64,000 nucleotides of DNA from Eledone cirrhosa. Taxonomy: Eukaryota. The notes below the pieces were generated by a model. The model saw only the letters and a list, made by a program, of their open reading frames with translations, searched no databases and was not told the origin of the DNA. This document shows, piece by piece, positions 12,562 to 27,199 of this stretch (positions are counted from its first letter, which is position 1; each line of letters starts with the position of its first letter). The DNA lies in NCBI GenBank assembly GCA_964016885.1, contig OZ024747.1, forward strand, positions 85,374,001 through 85,438,000. Reading direction: 5' to 3'. Made by a program: the position numbers and the translations under genes.

Positions 12562-13356
12562 TGTATGTATGTATGTATGTATGGTCGCTTTTCAGCGCTA
12601 CTGGTAACATGTAACCCAGTACAACCTGTGTATGGCCGGGTCGTCGGCGACTAAACCTACAACCCCACCAAGCGTGCTTGGTAAGGAGGGTGATTTCGGA
12701 CACCCTGTGGGATGAAAAACAAGACCTGTCAAGGGACAGAAGAACTCAGGAGAGTCAACGGACATCCAATAATGTATATTTTGTTTGGTAGGGCGAGAGA
12801 CTCCTAGTCTTCATTAAAACATCTCTCTAGGAGAAGCTCACTCTCATATAAAACCTGCGACTACGTTATCATCCAATGATGTAGACCAGTTCTTCTTTTT
12901 GGGCAAATGCATTCGATGTTCAGAGAGAGGGATTGGACCCGTGCGAAGCCTTTTCTCACTTATAAAAGCTTCAAGCACAGGCATCGCTTGATATGTGACA
13001 TTTTTTGCGGTGGATGTTATTGCTGGTCGTAGGCAAGTCCCTAGCAGGACTAAAAAAAGCCACGTCCGTGATGCTCATGCTTAACTATCAAGTAATGACA
13101 TTACTTGAAATCGAGTTGCAGCCATCAGCACCACCATGTATGTATGTATGTATGTATATATATATATAGGTATGCATGTCTCTATATATGTAGGTATGCA
13201 TGTATGTACGCATATATGAACGTATACGTATATTTGTGTGTATATAAAATACACACAACACTCACATACATTCATATATGTGAGAGTCTGTGTGTTTGTG
13301 TGCGAGTGTGTATGTGTGTGCGTGTGCGTGTGTGAATATATATATATATGTGTGTG

Positions 13357-13420
<64 letters not shown>

Positions 13421-13779
13421 TTGTGTGTATGTGAATCCTCTACATAGCTGGTTGTCATCATAAAACCTTCCTTCTCTATAATTCTTATCTCTACTCCCCA
13501 AACACGTTATTCCAGCCACATCACTTCTTTCGTTAGCAGCTGTTTTAACCGCAATCTTATTCCCCGTGGTTATCGCCCCTGTTTCAATCTCCACTGCCAC
13601 TTCTGCTTCACATATTTTGCCCATTCTCACCCTTCTTTCTACACATTACTACTACCATCTCCTCGCACATCGCTCTCATATAAATTTTAATATCTTTCCC
13701 CTTCTTCTTTCCTCTCTTCTATTTCCTTCCTATCTATTATTCTCGCCCTAGCACTTTAATTCCATTATTTATACCAACA

Positions 13780-13922
13780 GCGTAGAGTTACGTCCCCTTA
13801 TGGTCTGAGTTCAAATCCCACCGAAGTTAACTTTGCCCTTCATCCTTACAGGGTCGATAAAATAAAGTACCAGTAATGTACTGGTGTATTGCTGGCCTTG
13901 TGCCAAAAGTGGAAACAATTAT
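13780..13922 (+). mobile_element. tRNA-derived SINE
   Basis: Same core as 414-576. Confidence 0.9.
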
Positions 13923-14000
13923 TCATATCAACAGTTCCCAATCTAGAGTCCTGGGTAATCCTCAAAGGTAGCAGTGGGGTCCGCGAACCACATTCAATAT

Positions 14001-14370
14001 TAGGCAAAGTTAACCTCGGCGGGTTTTGAACTCAGACGGTAAAGGGCCATAACTCTATGTTGCAAAACATGGGGTCCGTAAGGATGCAAGGCAAAGTTAA
14101 CCTCGGCGGGATTTGAACTCAGACCGTAAAGGGCCATAACTCTATGCTGCAAAGCACGAGGTCCGTAAGGATGAAAGGCAAAGTTAACTTCGGCAAGATT
14201 TGAACTCAGACCGTAAAGGGCCATAACTCTATGCTGCAAAGCATGAGGTCCGTAGGGATGAAAGGCAAAGTTAACCTCGGCGGGATTTGAACTCAGACCG
14301 TAAAGGTCCACAACTCTATGCTACAAAGCATGAAGCCCGACCCTCTACCAATACTGCTATTCCATTACCC
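14001..14370 (-). repeat. SINE head amplified as an 87-bp tandem (4 units)
   Basis: GGCAAAGTTAAC at 14003, 14090, 14177 and 14264. Confidence 0.9.
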
Positions 14371-14635
14371 TGCAGCGCAAAATAAAATGTGTTCAAAGAC
14401 TCAACGTGTCTCCGGAAATCAAAGTCAGGACATTTCAATCGTGAGCCAAACACTATCCTGTAAGCCATCAGCTTTTACTTGATTACAAACGTAATAACGT
14501 CTTCCTACCTGGCTTTTGATCAGTGTTTAACAATCAATAAACGACCAACGGGATTTGTTATTCTTTAATCATAAATATACATTGGACTCATAACAACATG
14601 ACTGCACTCGTCGTAACTGAATGTATATGTACGAG

Positions 14636-14664
<29 letters not shown>

Positions 14665-14667
<3 letters not shown>

Positions 14668-15190
14668 TAAAGTTAGTCCTTCATCAGTGATCTTCCAACC
14701 ATCATTGGTATTTCATCGCTTTAAAGACCATATACCTCCGGTTGGTGCGAGCAACGGCTAAAAGAAGTCGTTGGGACACGTAAATAAAGGGGACATGAGA
14801 GTGTAAACAAACAAAGATGGTGAAGCAACGAAAAGTGAGGAAGAAGGAGTCAAGTCCCAAATTTCCATGAATATAAGTTCGGTGAAATCGTGAACGAGAG
14901 AGAATAAAGACCAGCAAACCTGGTTGGAATGTGAGCAAGGAAGGAATTCCGTACAGGTCTAACGGGAGGAAGAAGGGATCTAGTCTGTGAATTCGGTGAA
15001 CGTAAGTTCTGTGAAATCGTAGACGAGAGAGAAAAAAAAAGCGACCTGCCTGACCAAGGGTGCGAAAGAAAAGAATTACGCACAGGTAAAACGGGAAGGA
15101 GGAGGAGGAGAGGTAGTAACAAAGAGTGAGTGAGTGAAGGGTGAGGAAGAGGCTAACAGAGAGAGTGACTGTTAGAGAGGGTAAAGATAC
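14665..15190 (-). mobile_element. Non-coding repeat (family P)
   Basis: Aligns by eye with 49830-50341 reverse-complemented; (TA)n flanks. Confidence 0.85.
14676..14777 (-). ncRNA. Hammerhead ribozyme, non-circularly permuted (copy 2)
   Basis: gtcc caacgac..gccgttg c tcgca ccaacc gg aggtaTA tggtctt taa agcga t GAAA tacc aatgat ggttgg aagatca CTGATGA a ggac. Confidence 0.7.
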
Positions 15191-15196
15191 GTATGC

Positions 15197-15235
<39 letters not shown>

Positions 15236-15276
15236 CGAAACATAAGTCAATTGCATGAACTCATAATCCTTTATTT

Positions 15277-15332
15277 ACTGCTATATATATTTCGATGATA
15301 GCCATTGAATGGCTGTGACCTCATCAGGCAGT
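15277..15332 (-). ncRNA. Minimal type I hammerhead
   Basis: actgc CTGATGA ggtcacagccattcaatggctatcatc GAAA tatata TA gcagt. Confidence 0.75.
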
Positions 15333-16536
15333 TAGTCAGTTCTTAGATATGCCAGCTCTGTGTTTATAGTGTTGATGGTATCAGAGCCTTGGGACATATG
15401 AGCTTGTTAGGAATAATTTAATGTTGTCAGCAGGAATAGTCTTAATTCTCATTGGTCAGTTTGTAGATGCTAGTAGGGTTGGTATTTGACCTCAAAGAGG
15501 CAGGTGGTGTTGTAAAGTTCAAACCGTCAGGCAAGATGACAATAGTTCCATATGACTAATTTTCACAAAAAGCATTCCTGGTCAGATATATATTCAATTA
15601 AGGTTAATAGTATGAAATAGATACTACAGGTCATTCTTAAATTGAGGAATTTATGTGGAGTGGTGCTACTGAAAATTATGGTTAGAGTAGAAAATTTACA
15701 GATAAAAAGACTTATGTAGGTTGGCTTGCACATACACTCATACCCACCTCCACAGACACACACACACACACACATCCACACATACAAATTGAGGAATTAA
15801 TGTGGGGTGGTAATACTTAAAATAATGGTTAGAGTCAAATAGTTTAGAAAATTTAGAAATAAAAAGACTTATGTTGGTTGACTTGTACATATACTCACAC
15901 CTACCCCCTCAGACACACACACATCTACACACACAAATTCATACAGGTGTGTATATATATATATATGTACGCATAAGTAGATATATATATACAACAGAGG
16001 CCCCCAAATCCAAGTATAAGGCAGACATAAAACTAGGTGGGTGTTATTTTTAAAGAAAAGTAAAGTGGGTGTTTGGAAAAGTTATTGTTTAGACTAGACA
16101 AAGGTAGAGTGTGATATATATCTTCACAGCAATAGCTTGGGGGCTTTGGAGCTAAGGCGAATCCCTTAGTACAGACATATATACCCACCCACACTTTTAT
16201 ACTTCTGGATGCGCGTGTATGTCTATATACACATCTGCACTCATACAAGAGAGTATATACAAATATACTCTTAAGCATACACTCGAACATTTATCAATCC
16301 AACCTGGGGTATTAGTATTACGTTGCGTTCACATGAGTGTGTACATTCACGCAGTCCCAGTATACTCACACAATGCACGGTTGCGGCCACTCATTCATGC
16401 GTATAGGGTTAGTACCTTGGGATAATTGTTTTTCCTGTGTGGGCCGCTCCCGGGGGAGGGGGGGGGGGGGTCCTCAGATTCCATAAAACTTGGTTTTGAT
16501 GACTCGTAACCAGTAGAGGATCCGGTGGACCATCCA

Positions 16537-16648
<112 letters not shown>

Positions 16649-16659
16649 TGAGAGAGAGA

Positions 16660-17560
16660 ATACACAAGTATCAAAGTTATGTTTAAAACATTTAATCGCT
16701 GACAATTGTTTCTTCCAAACTTAGGCTTGATGTCCTCTGAGCATTATCAATGTTTGTACATATAATTAACCTCCTATTCAACTGAAGAATCATACAGATA
16801 CATATATATTGATGTTGTGGACAACAGTTTCGTGTTTACAGTGTGGAATGGATGCGACTTATATTATACGAGAATTGTGCAATAATTCAAATTAAGATTA
16901 AAATTAAAATTAAAATTAAAATTAAAATTAAAATTAAAATTAAAATTAAAATTAAAATTAAAATTAAAATTAAAATTAAAAATTAAAATTAAAAGCATAG
17001 GGTGGAATACATGCGACAGATAATACAGATAATACAAGAGAATAGTCTAATAATTAAATTAGAGAGATAGTACATGCGTTAGTCATATATAAAGGAATGG
17101 AACAAGCAAATGTATCATGCATATAAGAGTACTGTATGGCAGGGTATTACATAAAATACAAACACTTTAAGCGAATATGTTAGTGTATTATGGGGGATGC
17201 AATGCGAGGGTGTTTTCTGTATAGTTCAAATTTGTATGTGTGTAGAATATGAAAGTTACAGATTTCACATCCATTACATAAGTTAAGATATATTTGTATT
17301 GAATGTTTGTAATAGTAATGGATTGTAATTTAGTGTTATTTAATCCATATTTATGCATTAGAGTTGTTTAACTACGAGAATTTTCAACGGTTTAATATCC
17401 GGAAGTGGATATGGAATTAGGGTAGTTATAAATTACTGACCTTCCCTGTTTATAGTTGTTTATAGTATAGTATATACATAACTATAAATAGTATCTTTAA
17501 TATTATATATATATATACATATATATATATACATATACATATACACATACAGACACAGAT

Positions 17561-17622
<62 letters not shown>

Positions 17623-18300
17623 GAATTATAAGAATCAAAGAACTGTTCAAAACATTTTTATGCTTACAACTGTTTCCTCCAAACCGAGGTTTGGATTGTT
17701 CGGAGCAATTTATTATTGAATGAACACTTATATGACCTCCTTTTCACCCAAGAGACATACAGATACACATGCAAATATTGTGGGTCAACATTCATTACAG
17801 CATTTAGTGTGGCAGTACACATTTAGAGATTACATTCATATTAAAAGATACAATCAAAAATACAGGTTAAAATACAACATGAAATTAAGCGGTTATAGAG
17901 TGCAATAGTTATACATGTGGCAAGCACGTGCGTCTTGTTTATATAGCGTGGCAGAGAGTTACGTGTAATAGAAGCACTTAAGCAGGTAATCAAGAGTGTT
18001 AAGGGGGTTGATCTGGTAATGAATTCTTTATATGATTGTTATAGCCTGTGCGTGGAGAAATAATATAAGCATTAAAAATAATGTAAGCATTAAAAATATT
18101 GGAAATGTGTAGCGAAGCGATGATATGGATTTCATGCACTGCGACATTTTCATAGTCTGGGGAGCGTATTTTTCAGATTATATGCCCCTCACATAATCCA
18201 CGATGATTCGATATTGGGCGTTTGACAATCCTGTTAGAGAATCGTAGTCTGATGGTCTTTAGCTCAATACAGCAGGTTGTTACGTTGCGAGAATTCATTT
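16660..18300 (-). mobile_element. Two diverged tandem copies of a PLE-like terminal region, each with a degenerate hammerhead (16697-16743, 17661-17707)
   Basis: tgct CAGAGGA..GAAA caattg TC agcg and tgct CCGAACA atccaaac..gtttggag GAAA cagttg TA agca. Shared flanks start at ~16670 and ~17634. Confidence 0.5.
16895..16993. repeat. (AAATTA)n
   Basis: Direct reading. Confidence 0.95.
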
Positions 18301-18823
18301 CCAGATCAACCCCCTTAACACTTTTTCATCCTTACGGGGTCGATAAAATAAAGTACCAGTAATGCACTGGGATAATTGCTGGCCTTGTGCCAAAAAGTAG
18401 AAACAATATTATTGAGGGGTGTGAGCTCGATTCTTGTATGACTCAGGGACCAAGCTTTTGGTGAATTTTAATGTTGATACTATACTAATGGAATAGATTT
18501 GCCTATTATATAAATGATATAGCAGCGTTGGAGAGACAAGGGTTTGTACTTTTCGACTCAACCCCAGTAATCAAGGTTTCCCATGCTAAGTATCTTTTTT
18601 TATAATTGCCATCTGGGTGCTTCCGTTTTCCTGATACTTTGTTTGGTATGGTAAGTCTACAGCATGCAACAATAGGCTGATATCGACAGTTACTCCGAGA
18701 CCTCTACAGTTATTGGATGCTGTGTGAGGTTCTCTTGACAAAAACGAATATGGTATTTTAAGTGCATCCTCTTTTCTCCTTGTTTATAAGCACGTATTCA
18801 TTTCCCGCGCCCATTCAATCACA

Positions 18824-18931
<108 letters not shown>

Positions 18932-19069
18932 GCGAGTGTGTGTGTACGCATGCATACTTATATTTTTGTATCTGCTATGTATATATATTATGGGGCCACC
19001 GGGCTTATACCCATCGGTTTGGTTTAACTATTCAATATGAGAAATATACAACCCATCCCCATATATATA

Positions 19070-19108
<39 letters not shown>

Positions 19109-19121
19109 ATATATATATATA

Positions 19122-19487
19122 TTCTTTTTTTCAAATACCACTTTGGAAGAAGAATCAGGATGGAGAGAGAGGTGCTGTACCCCAGCAAGTTTTATGAAAG
19201 GTGGGTGAAAGTGGCGAGAATGGCCCGAGCTCTATATCAGCCTGTAGGTTGAGGAAAAGGAGGAGGAGAGGGAAGGAGTACAAACTCTTCGTACTCCTGG
19301 AGATGAAGGTTGCACATTTTTTCGGGGGTATGTGTTACCCATATAACCGGTCTTCCTCTATTGGGGAAAATCGACTAATTTTTTTAATTGCATTTGTTAT
19401 AACATTTTACACGTTTTTATTGTATGTAAACTTCCCCCTTTGTATTTGTCCCCTTCTTTTGTGCCCCTGTGGCTAATAAAGAAACAT
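19122..19487 (+). mobile_element. Short 3' fragment of the Tx1-like LINE
   Basis: FFKYHFGRRIRMEREVLYPSKFYERWVKVARMAR plus the same 3' UTR; (ATCT)n/(TA)n flanks. Confidence 0.9.
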
Positions 19488-19508
19488 ATCTATCTATATA
19501 TATCTATA

Positions 19509-19629
<121 letters not shown>

Positions 19630-19982
19630 TGTTTCTAAATTGTTTCATTTCTATATTAAATATTTATACTCTGCTATGTATTGAGGACCTTACTTACTGT
19701 GGTTACCCCCGATTGAACCCGGGATAATCATAAATATATATATGTGTGTGTGTGCGTGTGTGTGTGTCATATTGAGAACACAGTGTTGGTCCAGGCGAAT
19801 CTTTTTGATTGAGAAGTTTTCATATAGTGTGCCTTGTAGTGAGAGTTTTTTGTGGTGACAGTCGAGCATGAGCTCGTGTGTAAATCAGTGAAACTAGAGA
19901 GCACTCTTCTTGTTTCATTCAACTGGATGACTAGAACTTTAGATCGTGATAGAGGATAACACTTTTCAATGAACATCTGGCA

Positions 19983-20025
<43 letters not shown>

Positions 20026-20039
20026 ATAATAATAAAATA

Positions 20040-20082
<43 letters not shown>

Positions 20083-20439
20083 ATATATATATATATATAT
20101 ATATATACAAGTATTACAATAGGTTTATTGTTGTTTTAGCTTAGGATTCAACGGTAAACTCGTGTTTAGATTTAGATATTTCCTGCGAGACTAATAAACT
20201 GGACTGATACAAGAGGGATTCATCTGATCTAGAATAAAACAGCGAGGTCACGATGAAATTTGAATTTGTAACTATTATACGGTACCAGGAAAACAACTTT
20301 ATACAAAGAAGTATTCTTTACACTTACCATATTTTTTAAAAAATGCGAAACACATTGCTCCAGTTCACTCCTCTGACAATGAGTACTTGAAAAAAACCAA
20401 CAAATATGGCGCCTCTCTCGAACTTTCATTATACCAAAA

Positions 20440-20860
20440 GGCGGGGGATTGGCAGTATCGGTAGAGGCTCGGACGCCACGCTTTGCAGCATAGAGTTACG
20501 GCCCTTGCCATTCTGAGTTCAAATCCCGCCGAGGTTAACTTTGCCTTTCATCCTTACGGGGTCGATAAAATAAAGTACCAGTAATGCACTGGGATGATTG
20601 CTGACATTGTGCCAAAAGTAGAAACATTTATATAATTAATACATGCTAAGAGCGGTGGATTGGCAGTATCGGTAGAGAGTCGGACGCCATGCTTTGCAAC
20701 ATAGAGTTACGGCCCTTTATGATCTGAGTTTAAATCCTACCGAGGTTAACTTTGCCTTTCATCCTTACGGAATCGATAAAACAATGTACCAGTAATGAAT
20801 TGGGATAATTGCTGGCCTTGTGTCAAGAGTAGAAACAATTATATAATTAATACATGCTAA
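20440..20860 (+). mobile_element. Two tandem near-full-length tRNA SINEs
   Basis: Both begin GCGG.GGATTGGCAGTATCGGTAGAG (A-box-like) and end AGTAGAAACA.TT..ATAATTAATACATGCTAA. Confidence 0.9.
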
Positions 20861-20904
20861 TGGTTGAAAGTGAAAATCTACATTAAAACATTTCCAAACC
20901 ACTC

Positions 20905-21341
20905 CCAGACCCAGACTAGACCAGACCAGATCCAGACCAGACCAGATCCAGACCAGACCAGATCCAGACCAGACCAGACCAGACCAGATCCTACCAGACC
21001 AGACCAGACCAGACCAGATCCAGACCAGACCAGACCAGATCCTACCAGACCAGACCAGACCCCGACCAGATCCAGACCAGACCAGACCAGACCAGACCAG
21101 ACCCAGACCTGACCAGATCCAGACCAGACAAGACCAGACCAGACCCAGACCAGATCCAGACCAGACAAGACCAGATCCAGACCAGACCAGACCAGATCCA
21201 GACCAGATCCAGACCAGACAAGACCAGACCAGACCCAGACCAGATCCAGACCAGACAAGACCAGATCCAGACCAGACAAGACCAGATCCAGACCAGACCA
21301 GACCAGATCCAGACCAGACAAGACCAGATCCAGACCAGACC
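20905..21341. repeat. (GACCA)n-based minisatellite
   Basis: GACCA / GATCCA / GACAA units. Confidence 0.95.
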
Positions 21342-21459
21342 TCACAACTTTATTAAATATAAACGTTTTTTTTTTTATATTTAAATTTTATTTATTTAAC
21401 ACTAAATAACTGTGAATGATATAGGTGAATTATTTACTAATGGAAATATTTAAATACAA

Positions 21460-21578
21460 TGATTGTTTCTACTTTTGGCACAAGGCCAGCAATTACCCAG
21501 TACATTACTGGTACTTTATTTTATCGACCCCGTAAGGATGAAAGGCAAAGTTGACCTCGGCGGGATTTGAACTCAGAA
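21460..21578 (-). mobile_element. tRNA SINE 3' part
   Basis: Reverse complement of the SINE core. Confidence 0.9.
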
Positions 21579-22889
21579 TGGATTTAAATACAATAATGAA
21601 AGTATTTTTTTTTTATGAACAAGAAGAATAAAGGAAAGAAAAGAGAGAAGGAGAAAAAAATAAAATTCTAAAAAATGTGTAGGGAAACTAGGACAGCGAT
21701 GAAAATATGTACATTTTCTATACTTTGTTATAATTTACAATTATAGACCATGGTAAATCTGCTATGCTTTAAGATGATTGATTCGTTATAGACTGTTATG
21801 ACGTTTAATATTTGTGCCACCTCTCTGCTCTCTCAAATCAACTTCAGTTACGTTTCATTTTTAATTGATACTAGACCACCCGTGACTCGTTGGGTCACGT
21901 CCACTACAAAATATTATTTAAAATCATGTTCACTTGAAAATAATTTTTAAATAATTAAAATATACACAGACATGTATATAATGTGAAATGAAACTAGAAG
22001 GCCTATATATATACGTGTGTGTATGTATAGATATATAAATGTGTGTGTTTGTATACACATATATATATGTGTATGTGTGTATATATATATATATATATAT
22101 GGATGTCTGTGATCTATATACACTGGTCATAGACACACATATACACACATATATGTATATACACATACACTCACATATATATATACACAACATTCTCCTT
22201 CTCTGTCTTCTCTCCCTCTCTCTGTCTCTCTTTCAATCTACTCTCTCACAACCACTATCTCTTCCTCTCTATGTTTCTCTCTCTTTGTTTATGAAGGTAA
22301 CCGGAAAAACCCCATGTCTTGGGAACCCGTGGTCCGATTTATGCGAAACTTGTTTTATTCCATTTGTGTTCCCATTTCAGGGTCAACTTACTTTCAAAGT
22401 ATTTTCCCATTATGCGCCCTTCTGGCTGTATTACATTACAGACAAGCAAGCAAGCAATCAATCACAGAGTTTTCGTAGTATATAGATTTCCACCTACAGC
22501 AGAGTATGAAACATCATGAATACATTTTAATTACTATTTGAGAATGGCCAATTACTTTTCACTTTCAGTTGGTTGAAAATCCTGACAAAATCGTTACCGC
22601 TTTTCCTTGTGACAGAAAATGGGATTTGAAATCAGAACACACAAAACTGGAATACATACCGCAAAGCATCACGTCCGATTCTTAACGATTCCGCTAATCC
22701 ACCACCTCTGGGCCGGTATTTATTTATCGACCCCAAAATGATAAAAGGCAAAGTTGACCTCAGCAGGATTTAAACAGTGTACAGAAAGCCGGAACAAATA
22801 CCATGGTATTTAGTTTGGTTTAGTTTTTTTTTTTAAATCTGACACTGAGTTGGACCTCCGCCGGTTTCAACGAAGTGTGTTCTAGTTGT

Positions 22890-23180
22890 TTGAACAACGG
22901 AACAGCATGCTTGTGAAATTAATATGTAAGTGGCTGAGCAAACCACAGACAAATGTACACCCTTAACATTATTTTCAGGAAAATTCGACGTGACGCTGTG
23001 TGGCATGGCTAGCCCTTTGGATTACATGTATATCTCACTTTTTTTTTTATTTTTCGCCAGCTGAGGGGACTGGAGCAACATGAAATTAAGTGTCTTGCTC
23101 AAGAACACAATACATTGCCGGCAATCGAACTCAACACATTATGCTTGAGAGCCATACACCCTAACCATTAAGCCACGCAT
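22890..23180 (-). mobile_element. Second tRNA-derived SINE family (CORE/V-like central domain)
   Basis: Minus strand GCGTGGCTTAATGGTTAGGG..GAGTTCGATTGCC..TGTGTTCTTGAGCAAGACACTTAATTTCATGTTGCTCCAGTC; partial copy at ~48490-48615. Confidence 0.7.
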
Positions 23181-23559
23181 CTTCACGAATCTTGTTCTTT
23201 GTGATCCTTACCTGTGTGTCCTAACCAAGTGTTTCTATTGTTCAAAGATTAATCCGTGTCTGCTTGACCTCAAAATTTCCTCATCCAATCCGGGTCTAAG
23301 TAAAGTATTTAGTGACGACAAGAAGGAAGATAAGAAATGTGTTTGTTGTTATTTTGTTGTTGTATATTTTCCAGTTTACTTTTCTTATTGAGAAGCTGAA
23401 GAGTATTTCAAGTGCAAGGAGAGGAATTGTGACGCCATCCCCTTGTACAGAAATGGGAGGGACACTGTTAGTTGTTATTGTTGTTGGTGGTGGTGATCTT
23501 CTTTATTTAATATATGACCGCCATTGATGATGAGTCACTGGATTCTCTGTCCCGGATGC

Positions 23560-23616
<57 letters not shown>

Positions 23617-23780
23617 AGTTTATATATATATATATCAAGTAAAATAACGGAGCAAAGGAGTAGCCTATAATCGTGTAAATGAGCTCAAAGGAAAGAGTTT
23701 TCCTGGGCACTTTAAAATACAATATAGAGAGGGGGGAGACACAGGAGAGTGTCTTTATATATATATATATATATATATAT

Positions 23781-25498
23781 TTCGTTTCTGAATTTGTTTA
23801 GCAAGATTCTTTATCTGAAATCGTGTGTTGAAACCGATATTGTTATACTTTGGGAGGGTCATGTTGCCAATAAGAAACACACGCACCAGTTGCTTTCACT
23901 TCAATTTAATTTAATATATATTTATAAATTTACAAATTTATAAATTTCTGGTTGGTTGGTTGGTTCCACAGCCAGATAGTTGTTTATATATATATAGTCA
24001 TAGTTCTTTCGTCACACACTCTGTGACCTCTTCAGTGACTGGGGATTTCTTTCTTCGTTTCTGTGCTTTTCCTTTCTTCTATCCTACGCCATTTTGTTTG
24101 TGTGTGGGTTGCGTGCTCAGTTTGCGCATGCGCCACATCCGGGTGTCTGTGTGTGTTTGTGTTCATTTTTCTATTTTTCTATTTATATTTGTTTGTTTAT
24201 TTATTTATTTATTGTTGGTTGGTTGTTTGTTCTATGTGTGTGTGTGTTTTCATTTTGTCTTGTGTGTGTTTTCATTTTGTGTGTGTTTTCAATTGTAAGT
24301 TGTTTATATATGTGTGTGTGTGTTTTCATTTTGTCCTTAATTGTAAGTTGTGATGTTGCTGTTCCACTCATATTTTCTATTTAATTTTGGTTTTAATTCT
24401 TTTATGCTTACTGCCTCTGTAATTTGCCTAAACATTGCGTCTTTCTTGTGTGTGGATTCTATTTTTATTTCTATGCTCTCTAATTTACCCCTGTGTTCTA
24501 TCTTAGCATGTTGGTAGAGCACAGATGATTCTTTACTATCTTGGAGGTCTCGCCAGTGTTCATTTATTCGTTCCCCTATACTACGAGCTGTCTCACCTAT
24601 GTACACTATATTTTTGTTTCTACATTGTCCCTCAGTACATCTTATGCTATATACTACATTTCTAGTTTTACAGTTAACTAGAAATGTAGTATATAGCATA
24701 AGATGTACTGAGGGACAATGTAGAAACAAAAATATAGTGTACATAGGTGAGACAGCTCGTAGTATAGGGGAACGAATAAATGAACACTGGCGAGACCTCC
24801 AAGATAGTAAAGAATCATCTGTGCTCTACCAACATGCTAAGATAGAACACAGGGGTAAATTAGAGAGCATAGAAATAAAAATAGAATCCACACACAAGAA
24901 AGACGCAATGTTTAGGCAAATTACAGAGGCAGTAAGCATAAAAGAATTAAAACCAAAATTAAATAGAAAATATGAGTGGAACAGCAACATCACAACTTAC
25001 AATTAAGGACAAAATGAAAACACACACACACATATATAAACAACTTACAATTGAAAACACACACAAAATGAAAACACACACAAGACAAAATGAAAACACA
25101 CACACACATAGAACAAACAACCAACCAACAATAAATAAATAAATAAACAAACAAATATAAATAGAAAAATAGAAAAATGAACACAAACACACACAGACAC
25201 CCGGATGTGGCGCATGCGCAAACTGAGCACGCAACCCACACACAAACAAAATGGCGTAGGATAGAAGAAAGGAAAAGCACAGAAACGAAGAAAGAAATCC
25301 CCAGTCACTGAAGAGGTCACAGAGTGTGTGACGAAAGAACTATGACTATATATATATAAACAACTATCTGGTTGTGGAACCAACCAACCAACCAGAAATT
25401 TATAAATTTGTAAATTTATAAATATATATTAAATTAAATTGAAGTGAAAGCAACTGGTGCGTGTGTTTCTTATTGGCAACATGACCCTCCCAAAGTAT

Positions 25499-25506
<8 letters not shown>
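23781..25506. mobile_element. Penelope-like GIY-YIG + pseudo-LTR fragment as a head-to-head palindrome (831-bp arms, 8-nt spacer)
   Basis: Arms 23837-24667 and 24676-25506; mirror ORF coordinates sum to 49343. CKTRNVVYSIRC..VYIGETARSIGERINEH..EAVSI..PKLN is a PLE GIY-YIG domain. Confidence 0.93.
25303..25347 (+). ncRNA. Minimal hammerhead (mirror copy 23996-24040 on -)
   Basis: agtca CTGAAGA g gtcaca gagtg tgtgac GAAA gaac TA tgact. Confidence 0.8.
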
Positions 25507-25561
<55 letters not shown>

Positions 25562-25658
25562 GGGTTCAATCGGGGGTAACCACTGTAAGTAAGGTATTCA
25601 TTACAAAGCAGAGTATAAATATTTAATATAGAAATGAAACAGTTCTAGTCCTGTAGAA

Positions 25659-25723
<65 letters not shown>

Positions 25724-25997
25724 CCAATCATATATGTAATACAGAATATGCGTCGATCATTCCCGGTTGGAGCTGTATAAATGAAGTAATTCCGTCGGAA
25801 AGGTACAGGAAAAAAGAGTGCTCTATGTAGGCTACAGAGCTTATTAGTTATGTAATAAACAACATAAGATAATTATTTCATTTACCAGTGGTTTCTTGAA
25901 AGCAGATGTATCTGTTTTCAGTCGTCAGAATGAACAAAATAAAAATATTTGCTTGTTGTATCCCAACAATTTAAATAGAACTTCTACATATATATAT

Positions 25998-26076
<79 letters not shown>

Positions 26077-26185
26077 CATACACTCGCACACACACACAAA
26101 AACATGCACATATACTCATACACACGTATAAAAACACATACACATATGCATGTGTATATATTTTTGTGTTTATATATATATATAT

Positions 26186-26221
<36 letters not shown>

Positions 26222-26264
26222 CATTTTTAAGCTTGTTGAATCCCAACAAATTAAATATAACCTC

Positions 26265-26299
<35 letters not shown>

Positions 26300-26375
26300 A
26301 CAAAAATATAAAATAAAAAAATAAAAATTGAAAAAATTATATTTTTCTTCCTAATAATCGTCTTTTTCTCCCTGT

Positions 26376-27187
<812 letters not shown>

Positions 27188-27199
27188 ATATATATATAT

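Noticed and set aside
11690-13100. Possible decayed LINE pieces
   Set aside because: Only vague resemblance to RTE C-terminus and 5' UTR motifs; too degraded to call by eye.
20440-20860. tRNA genes
   Set aside because: A/B-box-like motifs continue into the SINE body, with no cloverleaf or acceptor stem.
20864-21345. Repeat proteins (PDQTR / SGLVW)
   Set aside because: Translation of (GACCA)n.
24337-25006. Pair of 135-aa genes on opposite strands
   Set aside because: Mirror images created by the palindrome; their N-termini are antisense GIY-YIG sequence.
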